A stretch of 64,000 nt of DNA from Azolla caroliniana. Lineage: Eukaryota > Plantae > Polypodiophyta. This document shows positions 51,901-62,717 of this stretch, piece by piece. The stretch is from the NCBI GenBank assembly GCA_043228905.1, contig JBHGNT010000012.1:5642001-5706000 (forward strand), written 5' to 3'. Made by a program: the position numbers and the translations under genes. The number at the start of each line of letters is the position of its first letter. The stretch's first letter is position 1. The notes beneath the pieces are model-generated. The model saw only the letters and a program-made list of their open reading frames with translations, did no database searches and had not been told where the DNA came from.

Positions 51901-54182
51901 AACCTCCGAACCTCCGTGACTGAGCTACAGTCGTGCATCATCGTGGAGATGGCTTCTACCTTAGCCGGAGACGGTTTCCGGCCGTACGACCCGCATAGGT
52001 GTCCGACGACCATGATCTCTGATTGCCCGAAGGCCGATTTTTCCCCGGAGAAGGTGAGCCTCGCGCCCTCTAACCTCTGCAACACCTTTTCGCAGTCATC
52101 GATGTGCGTCGCCACGAATTTCCGGCACCCGTCCGGTCCGATCGTCTCGTCCTTTTCCTCCACCGGGCATCCCTTGATCGGGACGTCGTCCAAAAACGGC
52201 ATGGTGATGTCCGGGATACAATCCCTCAGTACCTTGTTCATTGCGTTCACCATGTGAGCCACTGAGTTCGTCCCTCCTTGCGGTAGGGTACACATCCGTA
52301 CTAGGCCGAGAGGAGTTCGCATTGTCGTGATGTCTCTGCTCTCTATGGCTAGCTGGAACTGATCGTACCCCGAGTACAGATCACCGACCGAGTAAATCGA
52401 CCTTCCGGCGAAGGCCTCTGCGAACTCGTCTATTGTCGGTCCGATTCCTGCGTTTCGAATGGTCACCTTGTTGACCGGCTGCAGGTCTTGAATAAAGCGC
52501 AGCGTGCCGTCCTTCTTCGGCACGGTAAACCATCGATTCGAGTATGGGGCACTCGACGGTTCGAGGATGCCCATTTCGACCTTTTGCTTTAACAGCTCCA
52601 TCAGCTTCGGGATGTGAGCTCTGGGTACTGGAATTAGTTTGAGACTCCACGGCACATGCGGTACCGTGAATATCACCATCGGTTCCACGACTGTCGGGTC
52701 TACGCACCCGATCTCCTCCGGTGAGAATGCGAAAGCCTTCCCGTGCCTTCCGAGCATTCCCTGAAACCGGTCCTCTTCCGCCAGTAGTAGGAAGCCGCCC
52801 CCACCGATTTTGAGCTCACGTAGCGTTATGTCGGTGAACGTGTGTCCTATGCGGGCCGGATGTCGTAAACTCGGGTCCGACGCAACCCCCTTCATTCGTA
52901 ACTCGCTGCCCTCCGGCAAGGGAGCCGCGACTGGCGTCACCTTCCGGTCCACAGTCTTGTACCTCGTGTCCGCCTGGGCCGTCCGATCTGACTCAAGCCC
53001 CTTTTTGAAGTCCGCGATGACTTAATACATCCTTTCCGAACATACCGGAATCGTCCGGTCCTCTTCAAGGACTCCTCCGGCTACCTTCCGCAGCTCCCCC
53101 AAGGTATCGTCGAAAGAGACCGCCTCCACGGCTCCATTGATTTCCTCTCCAGGGCCGAGGATACCACATGCCTGAAGTCGCTTCTCCGCCCTTCTCTTCT
53201 TCTGGCCAACGACGTCAACCATCGTACACCCTCCGTTGTCGGAGAACCAAAATTTCCTACTTATAGTACAGGTCTTCTTCGCTATCGTACACTTGTGGGG
53301 TTTTCCTGGAGTGTCTGGACTATCGCGGCCCCACGCCTTGATAGCCCCCTCTAAAAATCTTCTCGGCTTTCGCCCCCAAGGGTCTCGCGGTTCCGCTCAT
53401 GGTTCGGTCTCACCGTCAGGAACTGGACCGAGTGACGTCCATCCTGGCTCTTGACCCTTGCATAGGCCGAGCCGTTGTCCAGCACCTTGGTCTCCATCCG
53501 TGCTGTTGTGATGTACGGTTCTCCTAGTATAACCGAATGTGAGGACGTCTCCTGCACGAAGAAGTGTTGGTCAATCTTGACATCGCCGATCTTTACTCGT
53601 ACATTTGGGCAGGCTCCATGCAGTTCTTCGGTGGCACGCGTCGCTGCCCGTATTTTCCACCCATGCTTGGTGTTGATCGGCCATTTCCCCTTCTTGTAGA
53701 AGTCCATGGACATCAAATTGATTTCTGAACCGTGGTCCACCAATGCCACCACCGGTTCATGAACATCTCCGATCTTCACGGGGGTCTCCGTGGTCACTCT
53801 GGCCCAGTGCTGCCTCGAATAGTGGCTCTCCGCCAACTTGTCTTCTAGCGCCATGTCCTCTATGTTCGTCGTCCGCACTTCCATCGGCTTCTCCGGTTCC
53901 GTCTCCGTCGACAACCTCTTCCTCTTCACCAAGTCTATGATGGAGTCATGGAACTCCTTCTTGGCGATCCCGAGCACTTCCCTCAGCGACAGTTCCACCT
54001 TGCTGTCGAGGATTCGCTCTTCCAGGACCTTTCACAGGTCCGTGGATCTTTCGATTTTTGTGCCCAGCCGGTACCCGCTGTCATGAACAGTACTGAGACA
54101 GAGAAAGAATTAGTACTAAACGAAGGATTAGTACTATGAGAGGTGTGGAACTTCTTCGAGAGAAGGAAGAAGTGAGCGAGAC

Positions 54183-54229
<47 letters not shown>

Positions 54230-54499
54230 TGATAAGAAAGATATTTATTATATGAAGAGAATATACAACGGTGGCTAAAAGGCTTAAGACTGGCGTTGAA
54301 CCAATTTGGTTCAACATAATGCCTAGTGCCCTCTTTTATAGTGTTTTCAGGAGTAATCCTGAAGCTTCTAGAATGTTCCAGAGAAATCTGGAATATACAC
54401 TAATTTCCTATAATAAAATGTAAATGAAAATAATATCCTACGTATTACAATACATGGTCTAATGGTCAACCTAAGGTCATGGGTTCGAGTCTTGCCATA

Positions 54500-57400
54500 T
54501 CATGACACTATCCCCCCTTTAAAACGACGAGTGTCACGAGTCGTCTTGGATTGAGGACCCGGTTTGTGTGGATATTGACGATGGAAGTCTTCAAGAAGAG
54601 CACGAGCATTGGTTACATTCTCGATCGGTTCCCAAGTACGTTCGCTGGGACTATAGCCTAGCCAATCGACTAGATAGTAGAGCTTGTTGCGAACAATCTT
54701 GGAATCAAGAATGGCGGCAACCTCGTACTCCGGCCCATCTTCAAGCTTGATCGGGGGTGGGGGTTGGATAAGACGTTCTGGGATGGTGCTCTCGTGGTAG
54801 GGTTCTAAGAGAGAACTATGAAACACCGGATGTATCCGAAGTTGAGGAGGTAGATCGAGACGAAAAGCAACATCATTAATCTTTCCAATAATACGGAAAG
54901 GACCTAATCGCCGATAATCCAACTTCTCACATGGGCGAGTAGTCTTGATGTGTCGTCGTAGCAACCACACCCGATCTCCAATATTAAAACTAGATGGAAG
55001 TCGATGACGATCCGCGTAGACCTTGTGTGTTTGTTGAGCTTGCTGGAGATGAGTAGATAAATCCGCTTGTATCTTGCGTAACCGCTCCAAACGATCCTCC
55101 GCGCACGGATTTGTGGACACCTCTGGGGTTTCAAGTACACTCCACCGGGGGTGACATCCCATATAAGCATAAAATGGCGTAACTTTAGTGGATGCGTGGA
55201 TAGAGTTGTTATAGGCAAATTCGGCGAAGTGGAGAATATCTGCCCAGTCGTCCTGATGAAAGCTGAGAAAGCACCGCAGATATTGCTCCAACGTTTGATT
55301 TGTTCGTTCAGCTTGGCCGTCAGTTTGTGGGTGGTAGCCGGAAGAGAGGTTACAAGTGACCTTGAGCATGTTAAAAAGGTGCTTCCAGAATTTTGACACG
55401 AACTGGGGTCCACGGTCGCTGATGATACTATCGGGGAGTCCATGATGCCGACATACTTCACGCATGACAATTTCGGCAGTGTCTTCACTGGAGATCTCCT
55501 TAGTACATGGCAAGAAATGAGCCATCTTCGTATATCGATCGACCACCGTTAGAATCGCATTGAACCCCTTAGAGACTGGAAGATCTGTGATGAAGTCTAG
55601 AGCAATGGATTGCCACGGCTTGCTTGGAATTGATAATGGTTCTAATAAACCATATGGATGATGCCTTGGCATTTTCGCTCTGCAACATGTATCACAAGTC
55701 CGAACAAAATCCTTGACAAATTGTCGCATACAGGGCCACCAGAATGATCGTTGTACTAAATGTAATGTTTTAGTACTACCAAAATGCCCAGCTGTATATG
55801 TGTCATGACAGTTTTGTACTACTCGAAGGCGGCAAGAACCATTAGGAACATACAAAAGTTCTTTAAAGAAGAGTAATCCATCATGGTATTTGAATTGCCG
55901 ATAGTCCGTACCTGGTGGTTGCGACTGTGAACACGACGCTCGAGAGGGATCAATTTGTGCTAGTATAGCTTGGGCGAACGCATCTGTCTTCAAGTCTTCA
56001 CGTATGGTATCGATAACGCGGGAATCCATAGGCATGTCAAAGATTTGTGTTGCTTGTAATCGTGCCGGTCCCAAGATGACTTGTTTTTGGTTATCGAAAG
56101 TTGGCTCGCCGGGACGGGGTGCTAGATACGAACGCCGTGATAATGCATCTGCCTTCCCTTGGTGCCTCCCCGGACGATATGTAATTTTGAAGTCGAAACG
56201 CGTGAGGAAGTGGGCCCACCGAGCTTGACGTCGATTCAACACACGAGCATCCTGAAAGTAGGCAAGATTCTTGTGGTCACTAAATACGGTGACTGGATGA
56301 GAGGATCCCTCCAGAAAATGCCTCCATTGCATAAAAGAATCCACTATTGCCAATAGCTCCTTATCATGGATTTCGTAGTTGATTTCGGCGGCATCAAACT
56401 TGCGTGAGTGAAAAGCCACAGGATGTAGCTTTTCATCATTCCCCTGTTGTGACAGAATGCTCCCCAATGCAAAATCCGATGCGTCAGCTTCGATAATGAA
56501 TGGTTTCTCCGGATCGACATGAGCTAGAATTGGAGCCGATGTAAATGATTTTTTAAGACTCTCGAAAGCCATGTCCGTTTCTTCAGACCAGATGAACGGT
56601 TGTCCCTTCCTGGTAAGTTGTGTGAGAGGTAGAACGATCTTTGAGTAATCCTGTATGAACTTCCGGTAAAAATTGGCAAAGCCTAAGAAGCATTGCACAT
56701 CCCGTACCGAACGCGGAGTCTGCCATTCTACCACCGTTCTGACCTTAGCTGGGTCCATGGAGATGCCTTCTGACGAAATGATGTAGCCGAGAAATTCCAC
56801 TTGGTTGCACCCGAAACTACATTTTTCTAGCTTTGCATACAGACCATGTTCTCGAAGTCGTTTTAGTACTAATAGTACATGAGAATCATGTTCTTCTTGG
56901 GTCTTTGAATAAACCAGTAGATCATCCAAATAGATGATCAAACAATCATCCAATAGATCTCGGAATATATCATTAGCCATGTGCTGGAAGACTGCCGGCG
57001 CATTAGTGAGGCCGAACGGCATGACAGTATACTCGAAGTGCCCATATCTGGTGCGAAACGCGGTCTTCCATTCGTCTCCTGGTCGGATCCGTACGAGGTT
57101 ATATGCTCCCCGTAAGTCGATCTTCGTGAAGAACCTGGCACCATTGATCCGTTCTAAAAGACTTGAGATAAGGGGAAGAGCATACCTATTCCTGATTGTA
57201 ACCTTATTCAAGCCACGGTAATCTACAACGAGACGAAGCGATCCATCTTTTTTCTTGACGAAGAAAATGGGCGCACCGGCTGGAGATTTCGAATGCCGAA
57301 TGAAACCATTTTCCAAATTCTCCTCTATATAGGCCCGAAGGACTTCTAGCTCGGTTGGTGACAAATTGTAGATCGGTCCCCATGGCGGCTCTTTTCCCGG

Positions 57401-58096
57401 TTGTAAATCGATGGGGCAATCGTACGGTCGATGATGAGGAAGTGTGTTGGCTTGTACTTTATCGAACACATCGGTGTAATGGCGATACTTCTCGGGAAGT
57501 TGAACGGTGGATTCTTCTTTAGTGGTGTTGGAGGGGTTTACTGATACTGCAAAGAGGAACATTTCCTCCTTGTGCCCTTCTTTACGCAACTGACGTAGCG
57601 AAATGGTTGCCATCCTCTGAGTTGACCCTTGGGTTTGTCGACACCGGATTTCTCTTGTTCTCCAATCTATGTCAGGGTTATGTAACTCGAACCACGGTAG
57701 TCCTAAAACTATAGGATGTTCTGGGATACTAATAATATTAAATGATACTACACATACTAAGTTATCTAGGACAATATTAATGGGCTCTGACTCTTCTAGG
57801 ATATTTTCGGAAGCAATGGGACGTCCATCAATGACTACTACAGAGGCTGGACACTGGAGTTTTCTTAGGGATATCTTATGAGCTTGAGCAAATTTCTTAT
57901 CCATAAAGCAAGAGTTAGCTCCGGAATCTAGGAGTGCTAGGACATGTACTGGAGGGGTACTTTTAGTACTAACTATTACTTGGGCTACGAACACATCACT
58001 AACTTGCTTAGAGGGAATGGAACCACTAATGGGCTGCACAGATCTAGGGCTGTCCAACCAAACGGCTCCTATTTTGGCTGGACTTAGTCGTTTAAC
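54500..58096 (-). CDS. pol: Pol of element D (PR-RT-RNase H-INT-chromodomain), in the -1 frame relative to gag
   Basis: LLDSGA, YLDD, EADAS, HH-CC and DDE integrase, GPF motif and chromodomain YEVAAILD...YLVDWLGY...TWEP. The frame is open back to the GTTAAAC heptamer. Confidence 0.95.
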   Translation of the reverse strand, partial: VKRLSPAKIGAVWLDSPRSVQPISGSIPSKQVSDVFVAQVIVSTKSTPPVHVLALLDSGANSCFMDKKFAQAHKISLRKLQCPASVVVIDGRPIASENILEESEPINIVLDNLVCVVSFNIISIPEHPIVLGLPWFELHNPDIDWRTREIRCRQTQGSTQRMATISLRQLRKEGHKEEMFLFAVSVNPSNTTKEESTVQLPEKYRHYTDVFDKVQANTLPHHRPYDCPIDLQPGKEPPWGPIYNLSPTELEVLRAYIEENLENGFIRHSKSPAGAPIFFVKKKDGSLRLVVDYRGLNKVTIRNRYALPLISSLLERINGARFFTKIDLRGAYNLVRIRPGDEWKTAFRTRYGHFEYTVMPFGLTNAPAVFQHMANDIFRDLLDDCLIIYLDDLLVYSKTQEEHDSHVLLVLKRLREHGLYAKLEKCSFGCNQVEFLGYIISSEGISMDPAKVRTVVEWQTPRSVRDVQCFLGFANFYRKFIQDYSKIVLPLTQLTRKGQPFIWSEETDMAFESLKKSFTSAPILAHVDPEKPFIIEADASDFALGSILSQQGNDEKLHPVAFHSRKFDAAEINYEIHDKELLAIVDSFMQWRHFLEGSSHPVTVFSDHKNLAYFQDARVLNRRQARWAHFLTRFDFKITYRPGRHQGKADALSRRSYLAPRPGEPTFDNQKQVILGPARLQATQIFDMPMDSRVIDTIREDLKTDAFAQAILAQIDPSRASCSQSQPPGTDYRQFKYHDGLLFFKELLYVPNGSCRLRVVQNCHDTYTAGHFGSTKTLHLVQRSFWWPCMRQFVKDFVRTCDTCCRAKMPRHHPYGLLEPLSIPSKPWQSIALDFITDLPVSKGFNAILTVVDRYTKMAHFLPCTKEISSEDTAEIVMREVCRHHGLPDSIISDRGPQFVSKFWKHLFNMLKVTCNLSSGYHPQTDGQAERTNQTLEQYLRCFLSFHQDDWADILHFAEFAYNNSIHASTKVTPFYAYMGCHPRWSVLETPEVSTNPCAEDRLERLRKIQADLSTHLQQAQQTHKVYADRHRLPSSFNIGDRVWLLRRHIKTTRPCEKLDYRRLGPFRIIGKINDVAFRLDLPPQLRIHPVFHSSLLEPYHESTIPERLIQPPPPIKLEDGPEYEVAAILDSKIVRNKLYYLVDWLGYSPSERTWEPIENVTNARALLEDFHRQYPHKPGPQSKTTRDTRRFKGGIVS

Positions 58097-59235
58097 TCTT
58101 CTTCTAACTGACTAAGGACATCAAATTTGTTTGCTAGATCTGGGATATTAGTACTATTAGGACTATCAGATATTCCTACTGAAATAGGCTCGGATTTAGT
58201 ACAATTAGGACTAGCGACTATTTGGTTTACCTGTCTTCTTGGCCTATGGGGGCAATTTATTGCGATATGTCCTGGTCCACCGCAGTAAAGACATAGTCGA
58301 TTTGTACGGCGTCGCTGCTTTTCTTCTTCGGATAATGGCCCTCGACGACGTGTAGTGTCAATCTCCATCGGAGTCGGAGTATTCGCTGGAGACGCATTAT
58401 ATGACTCCCTCGGAAAAGGTCTTGCTACCATTGAGGCGTAGGTGGGCTCTGATCTTGCCCTCGGCATCTGTAGCTGTCGTTCCGAACGTCGCTCAAAGAG
58501 GCGGTTGTCACATCTCACCGCGCGACTGATTGCTTCTGTTAAGGACTTTGGCTCTTCGGGGAAGGTCAAGAGTAAATCCTTGACGTCGTTGCGTAAACCA
58601 TAACGGAATTGCTCCATCAACGCTTGATCATCCCAAGGGATATCGGCGGCGAGTAGGCGAAAATCTGCAGCGTATGCGGAGGCTGGACGGTCACCTTGGC
58701 GTAATCGCCGGATTTTGTTGATTGCGGTCCTGATGCTGTCAGTATCTCCGAAACATGCTTTAAACTCACCTAGAAACTCTTCAAAATTGTTGAGTAACGG
58801 AGATTCCTTTTCTAATAGTGGAGCGAACCATGACAACGCTGAGCCACTTAACAAAGTGCCTACTAAACCCACTCGTGATGCATCAGTGGGATATCGGGAA
58901 GGATGCATTTGAATAACTAATCGTACCTGGTTACGGAACCCTCTAAACTGCGATCGCGTTCCATCGAACTTCGTGGGAAGGCCAATCTTAGGTTCTTTAT
59001 GAATCCCTTGTGTTCCGGGCCCATGTTGTTGCATCGCTACGATGGTGGCTTCGAGTTGTTGCACGCGTAACGCAAGTTCCCCATGTTGTTGTTGCGTTTG
59101 CTGCTTTTCTAAGGAGATTTGCTGAAGATCCCCCAGCAACCGTTGGTTTTCTTGTTCCAAAACATGGAACTTCTCCTTCAAGCATTGGAATTCCGAGAAA
59201 ACAGATTGATATTCTTCAGCGCTAACAGTGACCAT
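58084..59235 (-). CDS. gag: Gag of element D (383 aa, CCHC knuckle)
   Basis: LRQG...Y...F major homology region, PMEID motif, CLYCGGPGHIAINC. Confidence 0.95.
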   Translation of the reverse strand: MVTVSAEEYQSVFSEFQCLKEKFHVLEQENQRLLGDLQQISLEKQQTQQQHGELALRVQQLEATIVAMQQHGPGTQGIHKEPKIGLPTKFDGTRSQFRGFRNQVRLVIQMHPSRYPTDASRVGLVGTLLSGSALSWFAPLLEKESPLLNNFEEFLGEFKACFGDTDSIRTAINKIRRLRQGDRPASAYAADFRLLAADIPWDDQALMEQFRYGLRNDVKDLLLTFPEEPKSLTEAISRAVRCDNRLFERRSERQLQMPRARSEPTYASMVARPFPRESYNASPANTPTPMEIDTTRRRGPLSEEEKQRRRTNRLCLYCGGPGHIAINCPHRPRRQVNQIVASPNCTKSEPISVGISDSPNSTNIPDLANKFDVLSQLEEELND

Positions 59236-59411
59236 GGGATGAAAGAAAAGAGGAATAAAAGATTAGTAGGAAATGAGAGAGACAGAAGGTAGGAAAATTG
59301 GTTCAACTGTCATGAACAGTACTGAGACAGAGAAAGAATTAGTACTAAACGAAGGATTAGTACTATGAGAGGTGTGGAACTTCTTCGAGAGAAGGAAGAA
59401 GTGAGCGAGAC

Positions 59412-59469
<58 letters not shown>

Positions 59470-62400
59470 AGAAAGATATTTATTATATGAAGAGAATATA
59501 CAACGGTGGCTAAAAGGCTTAAGACTGGCGTTGAACCAATTTGGTTCAACATAATGCCTAGTGCCCTCTTTTATAGTGTTTTCAGGAGTAATCCTGAAGC
59601 TTCTAGAATGTTCCAGAGAAATCTGGAATATACACTAATTTCCTATAATAAAATGTAAATGAAAATAATATCCTACGTATTACAATACATGGTCTAATGG
59701 TCAAGAGCTCGACCCATATAACCTAAGGTCATGGGTTCGAGTCTTGCCATATCATGACACCCGCCCTTCTTGGGATTATCCTGGGCGCCGATTACACCGG
59801 CCTCATTCCGCCTTTGCCCGAATCGGGTTTCATATCGTTGCGAGGGCCCGGCCCCTCTGGTTTTCCCTACCAGCTTGTCCTCCACTAGAGCCTCGTAGTT
59901 TTGACAAGCGGCTTCGACGAAGCCCGTCTTTTCTTCCACCGGGTCACTCCACCCGGTTACCTCCCGAACCCGTTTTTCCGCGCGGTCTGCCTCTTCTTTC
60001 CTTAGTCATGCACCGGCGAGGCCTTCTAGCATCGTTGGCCAGAACCCGGCTTTGTTCGTCTTCAGGGCCTTGCCACCTCTGACCCGAATACCAGCCGACG
60101 CCGAATTGTGGACGGTCTCCGCGTGATGAGCCACCGCCTCCTCTATCAACCTTTTCATACCTCCTCGTCCGATGTTTAGGTCCAGGGGCCTTCGCGTCTC
60201 ACTAGCGTGCACCCGACCGTTCCATAGGTACACCACGTTGCTTCTCATCGCCTCGGCGAAGTCCCCGCAGTCCTTCCGGATGTGGCCAACCGCGTCACAC
60301 CACATGCACCTGTTTCCAGCCAGAGGTCGTCGGTCACGGGCCTGTTCGCCACCATCCCTCCGTGCCTGGGCGATCTAGAGATCTTTTACCATCCGCGTCA
60401 GTTCCTCCAGAGCTGTTCCCCCGAGCGAGCCCTTGACCATGCCGGTCGAAGCCGATCCGGCCTCGAGCCAATCCCGGGTCTCTTCCCTTCGCGTTGGTGG
60501 TGTTGGCTCGAGCTTCCTTGCTGCGACAGAGCCCGCCCCTGTCGATCCTTTGTCAACCCATTCCCGCCGTTTGTCGAAACGGCCACAAACCCTCTTCACC
60601 ACGGCCCAGTCGGCCGTCAGCCCGTCATCAGTCTCCAATAGGAGGCCTACTTGCTCTCGATCCCGCTCGTCAACTGACTTAACAAATAATAGGACACGAC
60701 TTGTGTCCAGAATGGTCCGGTCAAGCACCGAGAGGAGCGCGAAGCGTTCCTCAAACTCCCGAAGGAGCACCAACGCGTTCCTTCCTTTGTTGGGGATCTC
60801 CACCCACTCCATGAAGTCCCGCTTTGAAAGTCGAAGCGTATCTTCAAGCCCGTATTTTTCGAGGAGCCAACCTTCGAACTCCTCCCAGGTTCGGCTCTCG
60901 GCCCGTACCTCGAGCACCTCTGTATGGATGCCCGACATCGCCACTCGAGGGAATCCGGCTAGACGCCTCTCTTCCGGAATGTCCCTCATAACCGATCAGG
61001 TCGGCTAGATGGATACCGACGCCTGATCACCCACGCGCGCAAGGGAGCAAGATGGAGATTCTGCCGGAAGCACACGGGCGTTCCACGGAGCAGAATCAGC
61101 CTCTCGAGAACCTGCGCAAAAGAAAGCAATGGAGAACGACAGAGAAGAGGAGCTCGGTCCCAGTCCGACAGCACTTTGTCCCCTCTCGCGTGCCTCCCTT
61201 CTCTCCCCGTCTCTCTCTCTTTTATATCTCAAGGAGGGAGACCGTTTTCACCCATTTACATCACATTAATTCTTTGTCCTTTCGGACAGAGATACTCCTC
61301 GATTCTCCCTATAGAATATTGCTACCTAGGATTTGACTTTTTTGCCTACTTATCTATTATACAACAAGGGGCGTGCCCACGTGTAAGGGTCGGTTCACAC
61401 ACGCTATACATGGTTCGCGCCTGGGGACGGTTTTCTTCACGACAACGTACTCGCGGATTACCGCGACAATGTGTTATTTAGATGGTTTACTCTGACGTAC
61501 TGTACCAACTAACGGTAGATATCTTGAAATCAAAGAAAAAATTGGGATACGGTTTCGTTGGGTTCCTGTGTGATTGTGTAAAATTGCCGAAGCAATTCCC
61601 GTTTGGGAATCTCGTGGTGGAATAATTCTAGAAACTGCGTGCGGACGTCCTAGAATGTCAGGGTGAACTCCCCAGGATCGTGTCGGGAATACCATCGTGC
61701 AACGGGGCCGTCAAGGGAGAGAGTGAATTCAGCGATTTTGGAGGCGTTGATCTCCGCGTCAGTGAGCCGTTGTGTCAAATGGTTGGCTTGCCATGTGTTG
61801 AGAAAGGAACGTATGTGGGCTTCGGCATCCGGGTCATCCGTGTAGCGTACATAGGGGTGATACGACATTGTATCAAGATCTGGGTCGTCCGAAAGGGCCG
61901 AGAAAGGGTTGCGCTCCGGTGGAGGTGAGACTTCCGGAGGACTTGGAGGGGTAGCAATATTAGGACTGTGAGTTTGGGATCACTGGTGGCGAAGATTGGC
62001 TTTCCGGATTGACTGATGACGAGGCTCGCGATTCCGAGGACAAATGTTGTGTGAGCACGGAATCGGTCGTGTCCTCGACAGGTTTTGTGCGGTGAGATGG
62101 TGGCCGATAGCGAGTACTTCTATTGGGTGCCGTACTGATGATTGGGATTACCACCGCGTGAGTTTGTTGTGCTACACAACATTAATCAGGTGTGCCAAAT
62201 TGTGTTGCCTTCCTCTCTAGAGGCGACACCTTCGATTGCTAACCAAAATCGAACCAAGGGACTGTGATACGTGGTGGTCAGATTGGTTTTACGAAACGGG
62301 ATGACACCGTACAGATTACGTAAGAGGATACCTCGGGTTGTGTATACATGATAGGGAGAGATAAGTTACTTAACAATGATTGAAAGAGAACAATGCCACA

Positions 62401-62717
62401 AAATAGACCCAACATTGTTTAGATTTAAGAAATGAGTAGTGATTACGGTTACACGGCTATCTGCCGGAATGTATTAGATACACTATATTAGGATTAATTA
62501 TGTAGTACCCTCAGAATTCTGTCTTATTTGTCTCTCCCTCTTCCTTCGATCTGTTGCTCCTTATATAGATGTTCCTCGGTGCACTCCTTCTCCTCGCCTC
62601 GTTTTCGGTTGTGTTTATTTTGGCTGCTTCTGATTGCTTTCGGTTGTTTACCTACTGCTACCTAATTCCTATTGCGATTCTCATATGTTACTATTTTGGC
62701 CCATGCACAAGAAGATA

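Larger units (their letters stand above)
54079..59759 (-). mobile_element. Element D: intact chromovirus (Tcn1-like), inserted in C
   Basis: LTRs 54079-54507 and 59308-59759, near identical. TSD CCCGC, PPT AAAGGGGGGATAG, uninterrupted gag and pol. Confidence 0.96.
49111..61444 (-). mobile_element. Gypsy element C (fungal Ylt1-like pol), inserted in the 3' LTR of B
   Basis: 3' LTR 49111-49801, PPT 49802-49812, partial 5' LTR 60990-61444, TSD ATGT/ACGT. Coding: PR LVDHGSE, RT LPQGGTNS and FLDD, RNase H, integrase. Confidence 0.9.
44590..61468 (+). mobile_element. Element B: non-autonomous gag-only LTR element inserted in gag of A
   Basis: 5' LTR 44590-45459, tRNA-Trp PBS TGGTGAACCCGACGTGA at 45464-45480, gag ~45498-46290 and no pol. 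The 3' LTR is 5'-truncated and split (~48408-49110 plus 61445-61468). TSD ACGT/ATGT. Confidence 0.88.
32124..62712 (-). mobile_element. Gypsy element A (non-chromovirus, Athila/Tat-related) with extra 3' ORF and multiple nested insertions
   Basis: LTRs 32124-32630 and 62203-62712, TSD AGATA, tRNA-Arg-like PBS at 62185-62197. gag lies at 62150-61474 and 44585-43402, RNase H at 42254-42492, integrase at 41658-42250 and 35560-36134. Confidence 0.92.
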
